NCBI GenBank assembly: GCA_035221665.1
Contig: JAVHYY010000086.1
Location: forward strand, 62,001-126,000
Source of the DNA: Okamejei kenojei
Taxonomy: Eukaryota
Direction of reading: 5' to 3'
DNA: 64,000 nt
Below the pieces are notes generated by a model. That model did no database searches. It worked only from the letters and a program-made list of their open reading frames with translations, and was not told the DNA's origin. Position numbers and translations under genes: made by a program. Positions 39,762 through 53,590 of the stretch are shown piece after piece. Every line of letters begins with the position of its first letter. The stretch's first letter is position 1.

Positions 39762-42700
39762 GCCTGTGGTGAGCCTTTCCTGTCCTTTTCTGTGTTTCCC
39801 GGGGGTTCGAGAGCTCAGATGTGGCAGCCACGTGCAGAGCGCCAATAGGTTCGCAGACACACACAGACAGGAAACCTCGGATATACGTGTCAGCCACAGC
39901 ATCCTGGTGAACTGGAGATACTAAGCAAACTTCAAACGATCCGATTTATTTCAATTCCATGATCCAGACCAATAAAATGTAAAGTGAATGATTGCTAATT
40001 CAACTCCGACGCTGCGGAAACATCTGGTCAGCGGCATAAAACAATAGCCCCTCCCGCTTCCTTCACTCTGTCTCCTGACAGTTAACCAAACAATTATCGA
40101 TACTAGTATATAGCCTCCAATACAATTGGCTCTTATCTTGTTTAACCGTTTAGTGCGGCAGGAGAATGCGGTTAGGAGGGAGAGGTAGATCCTGGTTGAA
40201 TGGCGGAGGAAACTTGATGGACCGAATGGCCTAATTCTGCTCCTATCTCTTATGACCTTTTAAAACTTTAGTTTCTTGGGACCTATCTCTGCGCCTATTA
40301 CACAGTGCATTCAAACTGCTGATATTCCAGAATTCTTGAAAATATGTATAGCATTCTGGGGCAGTGTTGTGCACATGTACATATTGATCAGATGCAATCT
40401 ATATTGCTGCTGAAGCTAAGACATTATTGGCCCATTGAGGTTTTGAAGAAGGAGTGATTCCGTGAGTGGACTGACTTCCACAGGTGTTTCCGTTCAGTTA
40501 AACGGGGGGATATCAATTGCAATGCAACGTTGGACTCGACCGCAGATTGGGTCGGAGACAAAATATGCAGCAAAGAACGTCAGATGCTGGTTTAAACCGA
40601 AGGTAGACACACATTTCTGGAATAACTCAACGGGACAGGCAGCGTCTCTTGAGAGAAGGAATGGGTGTCGTTTCTGGTCGAGACCCTTCTAAGGGTCATT
40701 CCTTGGGTCGGAGCCAAATGGACTAAGTTGAAGCGAGAACAAAATGCCTTTCACTATATTCACAATGGAATTGGTCGAATTTCCTGTGCGAATGGGATCA
40801 AGGGGTATGTGGATGATGCAGGAAATGGGGTCTGAATTCGGATGATCGAAACATAGAAACAGAGAAACATAGAAAATAGGTGCAGGAGTAGGCCATTCGG
40901 CCCTTCCAGCCTGCACCACAATTCAATATGATCACGGCTGATCAACCAACTCAGTATCCTGTACCTGCCTTCCCTCCCTTTAGCCACAAGGGCCACATCT
41001 AACTCCCTCTTAAATATAGTCAATTAACTGGCCTCAACTATCTTCTGTGGCAGAGAATTCCAGAGGCTCGCCACTCTCAGTGTGAAATATGTTTTCCTCA
41101 TCTTGGTCCTAAAGGAATTCTCCCTTATCCTTAGACTGTGACCCCTTGTTCTGGTCCTCCTCAGCATCGGCAAAAATCTTCCTGCATCTAGCCTATCCAA
41201 CCCCTTAAGATAAACAATGATCTAGTACATTCAATGCTGATGCTGAGTAAATCATTTTTCTCCATATGAAATAGATGTGAGATCAATCAAGCTTTTACTG
41301 CCTTGTGCGAGATCGCATGTTACGATCATATTAGGTGTTTTGAAGAAATAACCCTAAAAGTTTAGTGATGGAAAAGTCGTAGATATTGTATGTTCGGCAA
41401 GGCATTTGATAAACTGCCGCGTGGTTGACTGCTCTAGAATGGTAGAACGAGTTCCAGGGGGACCTCCTAACTGGGCGGAACATTACCTTCAAGGAAGGAA
41501 GCAGATTAGGATGGAGGAAGATACATTTTCAGACTAGCGGCCTACGACAAGTTATGTGCCTAAAGGATCAGATCTGGGCGCATTGCTGTGTGTCATTTAT
41601 ATCGAATATTTGGATGAAAATGTAGAAGGCAAGACTACAAATTTGCCAGATGACACAAAAGTAGATGCGAAGCGAAGATGATTATCAAAATCCACCGGAG
41701 GATCTCGATCAGTTCAACAAGTGGGCTGAGCAATGGTTGATAAGTTTTAATGAAGAAAAGTGAGAGGTGCTACATTTTTAGAAGTCAAACACGGCAGGAC
41801 ATTCCCGGCGAATGGTAGGGCCGTAGGGAGTGTCGTATTGCAAAGTCTAGAAAAGGGCATGACCCGGATTGCTGTGATCTCTTGGGGCGTCGTTGATGGG
41901 GAAAACTCTGCCTTCGACATAGTGTGTTGATTCCATCCCTATGTAGTTCATTAGGTTTCTGTACGTTAGGAATGCCATATGAGGCCATAGAGTAAACGGT
42001 CAGGATACGTTCTGCAGTACATGTTGATATTTAATGGGAGATTCGGAGAATGCAGGATCTCTTAAAACCTCTATGAAAGTATAGGCGCTGGAGTGTCAAC
42101 CTGCTGTCGAAGTTGTATCAGCACAGCTCCAATTCGGTCAAGGCAGTGCATGCCCACGCACTACAACTTTCGGCCACGCCAGCTATCTGCCCCCTTAAAG
42201 GAAAGATGGAAATGCTGCTAAATTTCATCTTCGGTGCATGTTTATTGCGTAAGACAATCGTGACGTGAACGGAAGACAACTTTGTTTCCCACATGTTCTG
42301 TGATTTGTCTTTAATATTCACAACGTTCGTGAATTTTCCGAGGAGTCAGAGATTAGTGCTCACAATCGACCTGGCGAATGTCACTCCCAACCGCCATGGA
42401 AGCCTCGAGTGTAGTCTGTTTTGCGCTGTGTGTACTTGCTGAGCACTCCAGTCTGGAAGATGTGTTATGGCAGGAGAGTTAACATGTGCGCAATTGTGTT
42501 TTTCTTCTTAGCAGGTACTTAAATCTGCTGTCTGCCATGGTGGTATCCCGGGACATTGCTGTGTCCAATGCCCACGACAGCCAATGTGTTCGGTGAACCA
42601 ATGGACACATTGTAGAAAAAGCTGTTATTGCTATAGCGATGGAGCGTTAAAGGACCTTGGTTCAGCCGCATGGGTAGCGTTGATTACAGTTCCCATCGTC

Positions 42701-43391
42701 TTATTGAAGGGAGAGCGTGGAGGTTTTGGATAGGATGCATACTAGGATTACCAGGAAGGATCTGCAGATGCTGATGTAAACCGACAATAGTGTCGCCAGC
42801 TTCATTACCAGAATACTACTTGGATTGGAGGGTGCTAACTTTCAGGGGTGTTTGGGCAGAGTTGGCTTGTTTCCCGTGGATTGTTAGAGGCTGAGACCTG
42901 ATGGAAATATATGAACTGATGGTGAAAGTTAATATTCTGATGGCAAAGTGAAAGCAGTCAGAAGGTTTTGTGCTTCCCAAGGTGGAAATATTATAGAGTA
43001 GGAGGGGCAAAAATCAAACGAAACGTACGAGTTATTTATGGAGAGAGAGAGATAATACCTGTGACATGCTGCCGAGCATGGTAATAGAACCGATACGACA
43101 GTGGCTTTTAAGAGGCCTTTAGATAAACACAAGGATATCGACAATGTGTAGGAGGAGATACGATTAGTTCAGCTTGGCATTATGTTTGGCACGGAGATTG
43201 TGGGCAGAACGGCTTCATCCCGTGCTGTCCGTTTCTTTGTTCCATGTAACCTTTCGCAACTGATGTTTTCTAAAGCAAGGAACAATGTTGTGTGAAAGTG
43301 TGTTTTGTCCGCATGTCGAAACGTTCCATCTATTCCCTTCCACCGTCTAACGGCCGTTTTTTTTTCTCTTGACCCGGAATCCATTTCACAG

Positions 43392-43699
43392 GGCAGGCCG
43401 CTGAGGATTCCGTCACTCAGAGCCAGTCTTCACTGTGACCAGGAAAAAGTGATTTGGTGAAACTAACCTGTACCTACAATACTACAGCATCCGCTTGTTG
43501 TTTATATTGGTACCGACAAATTGATGCGGAAAATCCTGAGATTATTGTGCTGATACAGTCCTTGGCCCAACAGGTACAACGAGGAGACATATTAGAGGAT
43601 CGATTCTATGCGGTCTCCAGACAGCACTTCAATTGTCCATTTAACTATTTCGGGTCCCCAGCTTACAGACTCTGCTGTGTATTACAGCGCCCTGAGTTC
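43392..43699 (+). pseudogene. TCR alpha/delta V pseudogene (V-C), paralogue of V-B
   Basis: Acceptor tttcacag, then EDSVTQSQSSL*, LVKLTCTYNTTASACCLYWYRQ, a frameshift, and VHLTISGPQLTDSAVYYSALS (second Cys lost). Confidence 0.88.
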
Positions 43700-43738
43700 C
43701 ACAATGATTGAAAGCAGTCTCTTCGCAGTGCAAACACT
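43700..43738 (+). promoter_or_regulatory. 23-RSS of V-C
   Basis: CACAATG + 23 nt + GCAAACACT. Confidence 0.78.
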
Positions 43739-46700
43739 GCCTGTGGTGAGCCTTTCCTCTCCTTTCTGTGTTTCGCAGGAGTTCAAGGGCACAATGTGGC
43801 CGCCATGTGGAGAACGCCGATAGGTGCTCAGTAGCACGCTGACAGGACACCTGAGAAACCTCGTATGTACTAGTGAGCCGCAGCATACTGGTGAAGTCGA
43901 GAAACAACCAAGCTTCAAACGACGCAACTTCTTTCAATTCCAACATGCAAAAAACTAAAAAGTAACGTGAAATGTAGCTAACTCAACTCCGAATCTTGCT
44001 CCGAAACCTCTGGTTACCGGCAGAAAACAATACCCTTTCCTAACTCAGCCTTCTCCTAGTCAGCCAAATCTCTCCATGTTGGCATCTAACCTCTAATACA
44101 ATGGGCTCTTATCTTGTTTAGCTGTGCTCCGCGCGACATCTGATCAAAGGACTTGCAAAATGTCAAGCAAGTAACATCCACTTACTCTCAATCGTCTATT
44201 AAAGGTGTTGCTTCTCAAACAACCACGGCAGTTTCCGACAGTTTTGGGATTAGGTTCGATCTACCCTTAGCAAACCCATGGTAACTGTGTCCTATTTTAT
44301 CGTGTGGTTCCAAGCACGCCGAAACCGCATTCTTAATAATGAAGTCGGAAATCTTACCAACCACTGAATGCATCGCAGTGTCGCCACTGTATCCGAAGTG
44401 TGTTCATACACGGTTATCTCTCTCTGGTCCACACCGCCATGGAGAACGTTGGTAATTTCTCATCGACACTGTTATTCTAACCTTTCCTATGCCGTACGTT
44501 ATGTCTTTTGCAAAAATCCTGCTTAATTTGTCCAATCTCAAGGCAGAAACAATGAACTGCAGATGCTGGTTTAAAAAAAAAGAAGGCTTAAAGTGCTGAA
44601 TTCTCCTATTCTTATTCTCCAGAGATGATGCCTGACCCACTGTGTTACTCCAGTACTGTGTCTTTCACCTGAAGAAGAGTTCGACCCGAGTTCGAGTCCA
44701 GCCCTCAGCAGATGCTGCATGTCTTCTGCGGTTAACAACCATCTTGTGTTTTCCTCAAAATGTCAACAACTGCGGTCTTATATGTCTCCATGATGTTAAT
44801 TTTGTCTATGCTTTTAGTTATAACGGTTAACAATTAGATCAGGCAACAACTTTGATAGAGAATTTACAGAAATTGACAAATGTTTTATATAAACCTACGT
44901 TATAATCCAGCATCTACAGTTCTTTCATATACAGCATAAAGACAAAGTCCCTTTTTATTTTATTTCATTGTCATCAAAGTACCTTGGATAATGTGTTATC
45001 CAGTGTCTTAACATTTCTAAAGAATTTACATAATTTTCGTAAGAATAACATTATAATTTCTAACAGTTTGTGAAACTTTTGCATGGATATATTAGAAACT
45101 ATTTTAAAGCAGAGATGGACATTCTTGATTGGTAAGCGTGTCCGCCGTTGTGAGAAGAAGACGGGGGAGTGGCGTTGGGAGCGAGAGATGGATCAGCCAT
45201 GATTGAGTAGCCAAGAGGTATTGATGATCCGAATTGCTTAATTCTGCTCCTAGAACATTATGAATCTAAGAAAAGTCGCAAGCCTTCCATAGTACATTAT
45301 GGAGAGCGTTTAAGAAGAATCTACATTGGAGTTCTGACGCTACTTTGTTATTATATCTGCCATTTTTAATTGATCTTCAGTTCCACTGCTTACAGATAGA
45401 GGGGTGGCACAGTGGAGCATTTGGTACAGCTGCTGCCCCACAGTGCCAGAGACCCTGGTTAGATCCCGACATTGTGTGCTATCTCTGTGGAGTTTGCACA
45501 TTGTTCTTGTGACTGTGTGTGTTTCCTGTCGGTGCTCTGGTTTGTTCTCTCATCCTAAACGTGTGTGAATTTGTAATTTAATTGACCTCTGTAGAATTGG
45601 CCCCAGTATAGAACTACTGCAACCACGTGTTTGAAGTTTTGTATGGACTCGGTGGGCAGAAGGACCCATTTCCATGCTGCATCTCTAAACTTAAATAAAG
45701 ATGGTCATATAACGATAGAATTGCTTCCTTGAAGCACCAGAGTTCAATTCTGTCCACGGGTGCCGTCAATACAGAGTTTGCAAATTCTCCCCTTGACTGC
45801 GTGAGTTTTCTCCGGGTGCTTTGGTTTCTTCACATTCATCAAGGATGTACCGGTTTGTACTGTACAATACAAACTGTGAAGGCATGATGCCATAGGTGAC
45901 TGGGCAATCTGAACCTAAGCGCCAAGTTGAAAGCAGCCGAAGGTGTGCATTCCTCGGGAAAGCCCACTCTCCCACGGCCACCATCCGCGGCCTGCGTGGG
46001 GTCTGAACTAATTGCTGACAAGTCCCGCCCCCCGGCAACGCCAAGTCCGTTATTGGACTTTTCTGTTAAGCGGGAGTCGGTCGGTTGCCCTGTATGCGCC
46101 GCCGCCTTTCACGGTAGGTGGCGTATCGACAGAGCGGCCAGCCGGTAAGATTGCTTTTAGGCGACGTAACCTTTCGGTTCATAGGAGTTTAGGCGCCCCG
46201 CCCATTCGGTTACTTTGAATTTAGGCGTCCCATCTTTTCGGTTAGTCGACGTTTCGTCTTCGGACTCTTTCTTGCTATTGAAGCAGTGCAGCGTAGGTTC
46301 ACGAGGTTAAACCCCGGGATGGCGGGGCTGTCATATGAGGAAATATTGGGAATACTGGGCATGTTATCATAGGAATTTAGGATGAGAGGGGATCTTATAG
46401 AAACAAATAAAAGTATAAAAGGACTGGATAAGCGAGAGGCCGGAAATGTTTTCCCAATGCTGGAGGATCACAGAATCAGGGGGCCACGGTCTAAGAATAA
46501 ATGTGTGGCCATTTAAAACACGTTTTCAGCCAGAGAGTTGTGAATCTGATGAATTCCCTGCCATTGACTGCAATAGCGGCCAATTATCTGGATGAATTTA
46601 AAAGAGAGTGCGATAGAGCTCTGGGGGTTCGCTGAATCTAGCGATATGTGAAGAAGGCAGGCACATGTTTCTGATTGTGGATGATCAGCCATGCTACCAA

Positions 46701-48863
46701 TGAATACAGGTGCTGTTCGAAGGGCCAAATGGCCACCTCCTGCACCTATTTTCTATGTTTTCATGTTTCTATATTTCCAAATGCAAGTAAACGTCGGATG
46801 TCGCTGTGACAAGGGAAAGAACATGGGGAGGCTCAGGGTGATGTCACACCGCAGGGATTCATTGACCGTCGAATATATTCGCGCATTAGACACCGATGGA
46901 CATTCGCAAATTAACGCAAATGACACTAGATGAAGACGGCAACAATGGTGATGGCGGTGGAGATAAACTGCAGACACACACACACACACACACACACGCT
47001 GATTGTCAATTACGAATATTTGGCTAACCCTAATTCATTCTCCCAAAATTCACATGGTCTTCAAGTTTTTCAGGTTTAAAGTTCAGTTTATTGTCACATT
47101 TGACTGGAGAGACTTGGCTTGTACTCGCTAGAATTTAGAAAACTGAGGGTGAATCTTATAGAAACTTACAACATTCTTAAGCGGTTGGATAGGCTAGATA
47201 CAGGAAGATTGTTCCCGATGTTGGGGAGGTCCAGAACAAGTGGTCACAGTCTAAGGATCAGGAGGAATTCCTTTAGGACCGAGATCAGGAAAACATTTTT
47301 CACACAGAGAGTGGTGAGTCTCTGGAATTCTCTGCCACAGGAGGTAGTTGAGGCCAGTTAATTGGCTATATTTAAGAATTAGATGTGGCCCTTGTGGACA
47401 AAGGGATCAGGTGGTATGGAGAGAAGGCAGGTACAGGAAACTGAGTTGGATGATCAGCCATGATCATATTGAATGGCGGTGCAGGCTCGAAGGGCCGAAT
47501 GGCCTATTCGTGCACCTACTTTCTATGTTTCTATGTTTCCATGTACCAGTTAAGGTACTGTGAAATTTGTCATACCATACAGCCATACTAAGTAAAAAGC
47601 CACAAAACACACTACCACATAAAACCGAAGATGTACATTCACTACAGTGGGTTCCATATTCCCCACTGTGATAGAAGGCAATAAAGTTGAATCAGCTTCC
47701 TCTTCCTCTCCTGCGGTCGAAACAGTGAAGCCATCCGCAGTCGAAGAGATCAAAACATCCGCAGGCGACGATCGAAGCCCCCGTCAGGATGATCGAAACT
47801 CCCCGCGGCGGGGCGGTTGAAACTCTCCCCGCGGCATGGAGCTCCCGAGTCGGCTTCTTCTTACCAGAGACCGCGGGCTTCACGATGTTAAAATTTACAG
47901 GCTCCGACGTTGGAACTTTGATGCCCGACAAAGGGATGGCAGACTTCGCGATGCGAACGTCTCAACAGACTGTTGGCGAGTCATCCACTGCTGATATGCT
48001 ACCATTCATCTACCATTCATCAACGAGGAACAATGTGCGATGGCCAACCAACCGGGTCACCACCAAATTTAGTTTAGTTTAGTGTACTTTAGTTTAGTTC
48101 AGCTCAGTTTAGTTTAGTTTAGATTCGTGTAGATTAGTTTAGCGCGGAAACTGGCCCTTCAGCCCATCGAGTGCGGACCCAACAACGATGCCCGCACACT
48201 AACATTATCTACACAAACTAATGGGCAATTTACATTTATACCAAGCCAATTACCCTGCAAATCTGTACCTATTTGGAATGTGGGAGGAAACCGAAAATCT
48301 TGGGGAAAACCCATGCATGTCACGGGGAGAATGTACAAACTCCGTACAGACATGCACCCGTTGTTAGCATCGAACCCGGGACCCGGGTCTCTAGCGCTGT
48401 AAGGCAGCAACTCTAACGCTGCGCCACCGTGCCGCCATGGCATGTTTAAGGAAACAAGAGCACATGGTCCAACACAACATTGTCGAAGTCGCGGAGCAAT
48501 ATGACCAAGGATTCATTTACGCGCTGAATTGCCACATCGCGCTATATAACACGGATAGCCCCATTACATAGACGTTGTTTCACAATCGCTGATTTGATAG
48601 ATTTTTTTATTGCACTTTGCATCAAACATCAACGCTATCTGCTTGTGACTATAGTTCAGGGCAAAAGTATATAAATACCTGGATCTCTCTCTCTCTCTCT
48701 CTTTCTTTCTGCTGAAGCTAAACACAGAACGAAAACAACGCGATGAATTCCTGCTATGGAAAATCCACCCCCCCCCCCCCTTCGACAAACACAATTATCA
48801 ATGAGCGCATGAAGATTATTCGGAAATTGTAAATCAATAAAATAGCATAAACAAATGGAACCA

Positions 48864-49100
48864 TCGAAGGTAGACAAAAATGCTGGAGATATCACCGGCT
48901 GGGGCAGCATCTATGCAGGGAATGAACAGGTGACGATTCGGGTCGAGACCCTTCTTCAGCAAGCCACACATTAATCTGAAGAAAGGTCTCCATCCGAATC
49001 GTCACTTTTTCCTTCGGTCCATAGATGCTGGCGAACCAGCTAAATTCCACAAGTATTTCTGGCTACCTTCGATTATTCCGGCATCTGCAGTTCTTTCTTA
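48864..49100. repeat. Palindromic Penelope-derived terminal repeat pair
   Basis: Inverted arms (gaaggtagac..cttcttcag / ctgaagaa..ctaccttc). Related copies lie near 9645-9860, 11005-11200, 12300-12730, 15605-15740, 33150-33310, 36720-36835, 37150-37575, 40570-40690, 44545-44770 and 50865-51050. Confidence 0.75.
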
Positions 49101-49178
49101 AACAATTTAAATTTTTGTATTTTCACATAAATCAGATGCCCAAGCTACGCACACGTTGATGTGATATTATTTTAAATA

Positions 49179-50086
49179 TCACTTTACCAATTGTCCTATC
49201 TTTCCAGTGCAACGGGTCGCATATGTTAGCACATGGAGCAACTCATGTCTGAACTTGCTCTGGGTCACGGTGTAAATGGCTGTGTTGGTGCAGGAGCTCA
49301 GCAGCTGAAGCATAACTCCAATCCTTTCCAGTCCTTCGAAAGGGTTGATCCAGGCCTTGCGCATAAACAATTTCAAAATTCGAAACGCCATAAAATGTGC
49401 GACACTTGTGGCCCAGAGCAGGATGAAGCAGCTCGAGATTGCCAGAAGTAAAACGACCGACCGTCTGCGGTTCACCATCTCCTGGTCTTTCCTTTTCTCC
49501 CCACCGCTGAGGTCTCGGAGGTTCCTGCGGGCTCGACTAGCCAAGATAATACGTCTGATGGTCAACGCATTAAACGACACAATCAGGCAGAATGGAATCG
49601 CAGGGGTGAACAACTGTTCAGTCCAAGAGAACACCATCCATTTGGGCTTTATGTAAAAATATATTGTTTTGACGCAGCCCAGAGACATGTCAATTGGCCT
49701 ATAAGGAACGTATGCAAAGGGCAAAGGTACGTTCTGAAGGCAGACGAATGGGGTCACTGTCAGGATAACAATCGACGCAGTTCTCTCGGTGCAATATTTG
49801 GTTTTCATCTTCTGAGTGGAAATCGCAACAAAGCGATCAAATGTGAAAGCGACCGTGAACCATACAGAACAATCCACCGCAACTGGAGCCAGGAAGAGAA
49901 TTATTTTGCACACAGGAGTGTAGGGCAACGAAACATGCCACCAATACATATCAGCAATCCGACGAAACATCACGTCAATGAGAAGCACAGAGAGGTCCGC
50001 GGTCGCCATGGCTATCATGTAAATAGTGATGCACTTGGATAGGCCGCACTTGCCACGGAGCAAGATCACTATCGCTAACAGATTCA
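49179..50086 (-). CDS. GPR139/GPR142-like class A GPCR, copy 3, exon 2 (intact; 326 aa with exon 1)
   Basis: Acceptor ttttttcccag|TGAAT, then an open 908-nt exon with the same 7TM motifs as copies 1 and 2. The N-terminal extension in the ORF track (50087-50219) is intronic. Confidence 0.92.
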
Positions 50087-51698
50087 CTGGGAAAAAATGA
50101 AAATAGTAACTGATTAATTGTGTGATGAACGGGTTGGTGGGTGAGAGCAGACGGAGTAATTTAAACCTGCCTCGCCAGTAGTAGAGACTATTTATTAAAC
50201 GAATGAATATTTGGGACAATCATCCGTCAAACGTTTGCAGGTAGTTGTTCAATCAGTAAATTATTAAATTCCTGGATACCAAAATTAGTAGGATTGCCCT
50301 ATGTAGAAAGGAATGACATGAAGATGGAAATATTAGTACATATATCAATCCCATTTTGGTAAACGGGAATATAATCTGCAAATGATTAAAATCCTTTTTG
50401 CCAAAATTAGACGGATTGCCTTTTGTACTAATCTTCACAACATTATGCCGATCGTTTGAAGTTGATGTAAAATATAGAACATTTTCAACAGGTCACACAG
50501 TGTATCTAAAATTAAATTAACAGTCCACATAACCATCTATCCAATCAGAATTAAGAGGGTATCCTTCCAATATCCAATATGTGATTTCATTTTTACAACG
50601 GTAAATTCAAATGCGCAGTGTGGTTGTTATTGCTGAGACGTGACTAACTTTTGTGTCGGGGCATTGAGTCAATCGTGGTCTGGATTAATGCGGACTGTTT
50701 TCCATTTGGCCTTCGAGAATGCATTTCCGAACATGAGACCAAGGAAAGGAATTTAGTGAAGCACTGCAAATATAATTACAAACATCCTTCACAAACACGG
50801 CTAACAACATAACGGGCAAGTATTTTCTGCCAAACAGCGGGCGTGCCTCCGTACAGTACCTGACAAGAAAAAGTGCTGGAGTATCTCAGTGGTGCAAGCA
50901 ATATCTCTGGAGGACATAGATAGGCCAATTATCAGCTCGAACCTCTTCTTCGGACTCCGATTGGAAGAATGATCCCAAACTGATTGGTCGACTGCGTCGG
51001 TCCTCCAGAGATGCTGCAAGACTGGCTGAGTTAACCAGTTCTTCGTTTTCACTGCAAGATTGCTGCATGTGTAGTTGTTTTTATCTGCAATCTGTCTTTG
51101 TTGAGAAGGTTGTTCGTGCGACCTTCAAATCAGTCTCTGCGAAATTATTTCTATGAGCATTTAAGAGCGATACAAACAATGCAGTGCCAAATTACTGGAC
51201 GGTGTGTATTTCTCGTTCTTCCTAATGCAGTACGCACAGTGGAACAGAAACGACCTTACATTGATTTTAGTAAAAAGCAGTGAAGGCGACATTTCTGCCA
51301 GCTTCAATGACCGGCATCCAGCAAATATAGCAACGCGCTTTCTCGCTCCAAAGATGTGCTTTGCCTATTTTAGTTTAGTTTCGGCAAACAGCGCGAAAAC
51401 AGGACCACCGACCCACCGATCGCGCAAACTAACATCAGCCTACACGCACAAGGGACAATTGATTTCAATATTATAGAGCTTGGGAAGAAAACAGAGATAT
51501 CAGGGAGAAACCCGAAGGATACGGGGAGAACCTGCAAACTCCGTACAGACAAGCGCTGTAAGGCAGTTGCTCTAGTCCTGTGCCAGCGTGCCGCTCTAAT
51601 CGCTGCTGGACTATTCGGTATGTTCTCTTAACCTTTAATACTCTGCGCATTCCAAACAGTCGTTGTTAGTTCCATGAGATGTGCCGCCAATTACCTAC

Positions 51699-51771
51699 CA
51701 GGGATACCGATTGCTGCCAGAATCGGATAATACACAAGTCCTATTTTCTTCTCGATCTGAATCCCATGCAT
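51699..51771 (-). CDS. GPCR copy 3, exon 1 (MHGIQIEKKIGLVYYPILAAIGIP)
   Basis: ATG at 51771, 73 nt, donor GTAGGT at 51698-51693, phase 1; homologous to exon 1 of copies 1 and 2. Confidence 0.87.
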
Positions 51772-52074
51772 TTTAATGCGACGATCCAGGCGATCACTCC
51801 TGATGGAGCCGCTCAATAGTTGCAGCGAAACATACCAATATCTCGCATTCTTATAAACAAAATAAAGGAGAAATCCGGCAACGAGATTACATCCCTGTGG
51901 ACATTACTTACACACTTTTGAACAAACATCTACTGTTTCCATGTAAAATTCAAAATCACAATAATGTTGGCGACATTTCCAACAGCAGGCAGTGAACATT
52001 GGATTTTGCAAATGCCAAACTATCGCACCCGCAGTGGAATTGCCGGCGAGTGTTCTGAGATGGGGTTAATTTCC

Positions 52075-52415
52075 ATATAACCGTATAACCATATAACAAT
52101 TACAGCACGGAAACAGGGACTCTCGGCCCTTCCAGTCCGTGCCGACCATTTGTTTTCCCCTAGTCCCATCTACCTGCACTCAGACCATACCCCTCCATTC
52201 TCTTCACGTCCATATACCTATCCACTTTACTCTTAAATGTTAAAATCGATCCTGCCTCCACCACTTCTGCTGGAAGCTGATTCCACACAGCCACCACCCT
52301 CTGAGTAAAGAGGTTCCCCCTCACGTTACCCCGAAACCTCTGTCCTTTAATTCTCATGTCATGCCCTCTTGTTTGAAACTTCCCTACCCTCAATAGGAAA
52401 AACGTATCCACGTCA
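52075..52415 (-). mobile_element. CR1 family B 3' fragment upstream of GPCR copy 3
   Basis: 3' UTR and tail flanked by an AATTTCC TSD (52068-74, 52416-22); the site is empty in copies 1 and 2. Confidence 0.9.
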
Positions 52416-52634
52416 AATTTCCTTAAACATTACATCAGATGACGGGCTAAGGAAAGTTGTTCTTTCGAACTTGTACCTATTCAACTCGCATTTCCAAAGA
52501 ACAACAACAGGGAGAGAGGGCGACGCAGGACAGGAACGTCAGCATATCTGGTCACACAAGGTCGGATATCTCCGTAAAGTGGCACTTTGCTGGAAAGAGC
52601 AACAAAAGAGAGAACAGTAGAATTTAGCTCATAT

Positions 52635-53590
52635 GAAGGCGTCAAGAGAGTTTATTGTCATATGTCCCATATAGGACAATGAAATTCTTGAGTTGCATCA
52701 GCACAACGGAATATAATAGGCACGAATACAGAACATATCATATCAGTGAGTCCATATACCATTCTATAAATATAGACACACATTAATAAATAAGCAGATA
52801 AAGTGCAAATAAACAGCTAATGGTCTATAAGTGTTCACAGATTTGTTTCAGTTGCGTTTAATAGCCCGATGGATGTGGGGAAGCTGCTATTTCTGAACCT
52901 GGACGCTGCATTCGTCAGGCTCCTGTACTTTCTACCTGAAGGTAGCGGGGAGGTGAGTGTGTGGCCAGGATGGCATGGGTCCTTGATGATGCTGCCATCA
53001 TTTTTGTGTCAGTGACTACGATAAATCCCCTCGATGGTAGGGTGGTCAGAGCCGATGATGGACTGAGCAGTGTCTACCACTTTTTGTAGTTTTTTCCGCT
53101 CCTGGGCGCACAAGTTACAGAACCAAGCCACGATGCAACCGGTCAGCATGCTCTCTACTCCACACCTGTAGATGTTACAGAGAGTCCTCCTTGCATACCG
53201 ACTCTCCGTAATCTTATCAGGAAGTAGTCGCTGATGTGCTTTCTTAATAATAGCATCAGTGTTCTCGGATAAGGAGATATCTTCAGAAATGTGCACGCCC
53301 AGGAATGTGAAGCTCTTGGCCCATTCCACCATCGTCCCGTTTATCTAAACGGGACTAGGGGTCTCCATCATATCCCTTACAAAGTCCACAATCAGTTCCT
53401 TGGTTTTGCTGGTGTTGAGGGCCAGGTTATTGTGCTGGCACCATTTGGTCAGTCGGTCGACCTCACTTCTGTACTCTGACTCGTCCCCATCTGTGATACG
53501 TCCCACAACAGTGGTGTCGTCTGCGAACTAGATGATGGAATTCGAACTATATCCGGCTACGGAGCCAAGAGTACAGAGTGAGTACAGCAG
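52635..53590 (-). mobile_element. Rex1/Babar-type LINE 3' part
   Basis: FADDTTVVG and IIKKAHQRL..YRCGVESMLTGCIVAWF; same family as 34040-34850. Confidence 0.82.

Larger units (their letters stand above)
37580..44120 (+). repeat. Tandem segmental duplication carrying V-B and V-C (about 37580-40140 and 41330-44120)
   Basis: Colinear CR1 remnants, upstream sequence, V exon, RSS and 3' flank occur in both units. Confidence 0.85.

Noticed and set aside
50087-50219. N-terminal extension of the 346-aa GPCR ORF (and the similar one at 12198-12240)
   Set aside because: It runs through a polypyrimidine/AG acceptor and is not conserved among copies; the true first exon lies upstream.
50496-50534. CACAGTG + 23 nt + CACATAACC in the GPCR3 intron
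   Set aside because: The nonamer matches only 5/9 and no V-like sequence precedes it; likely chance.
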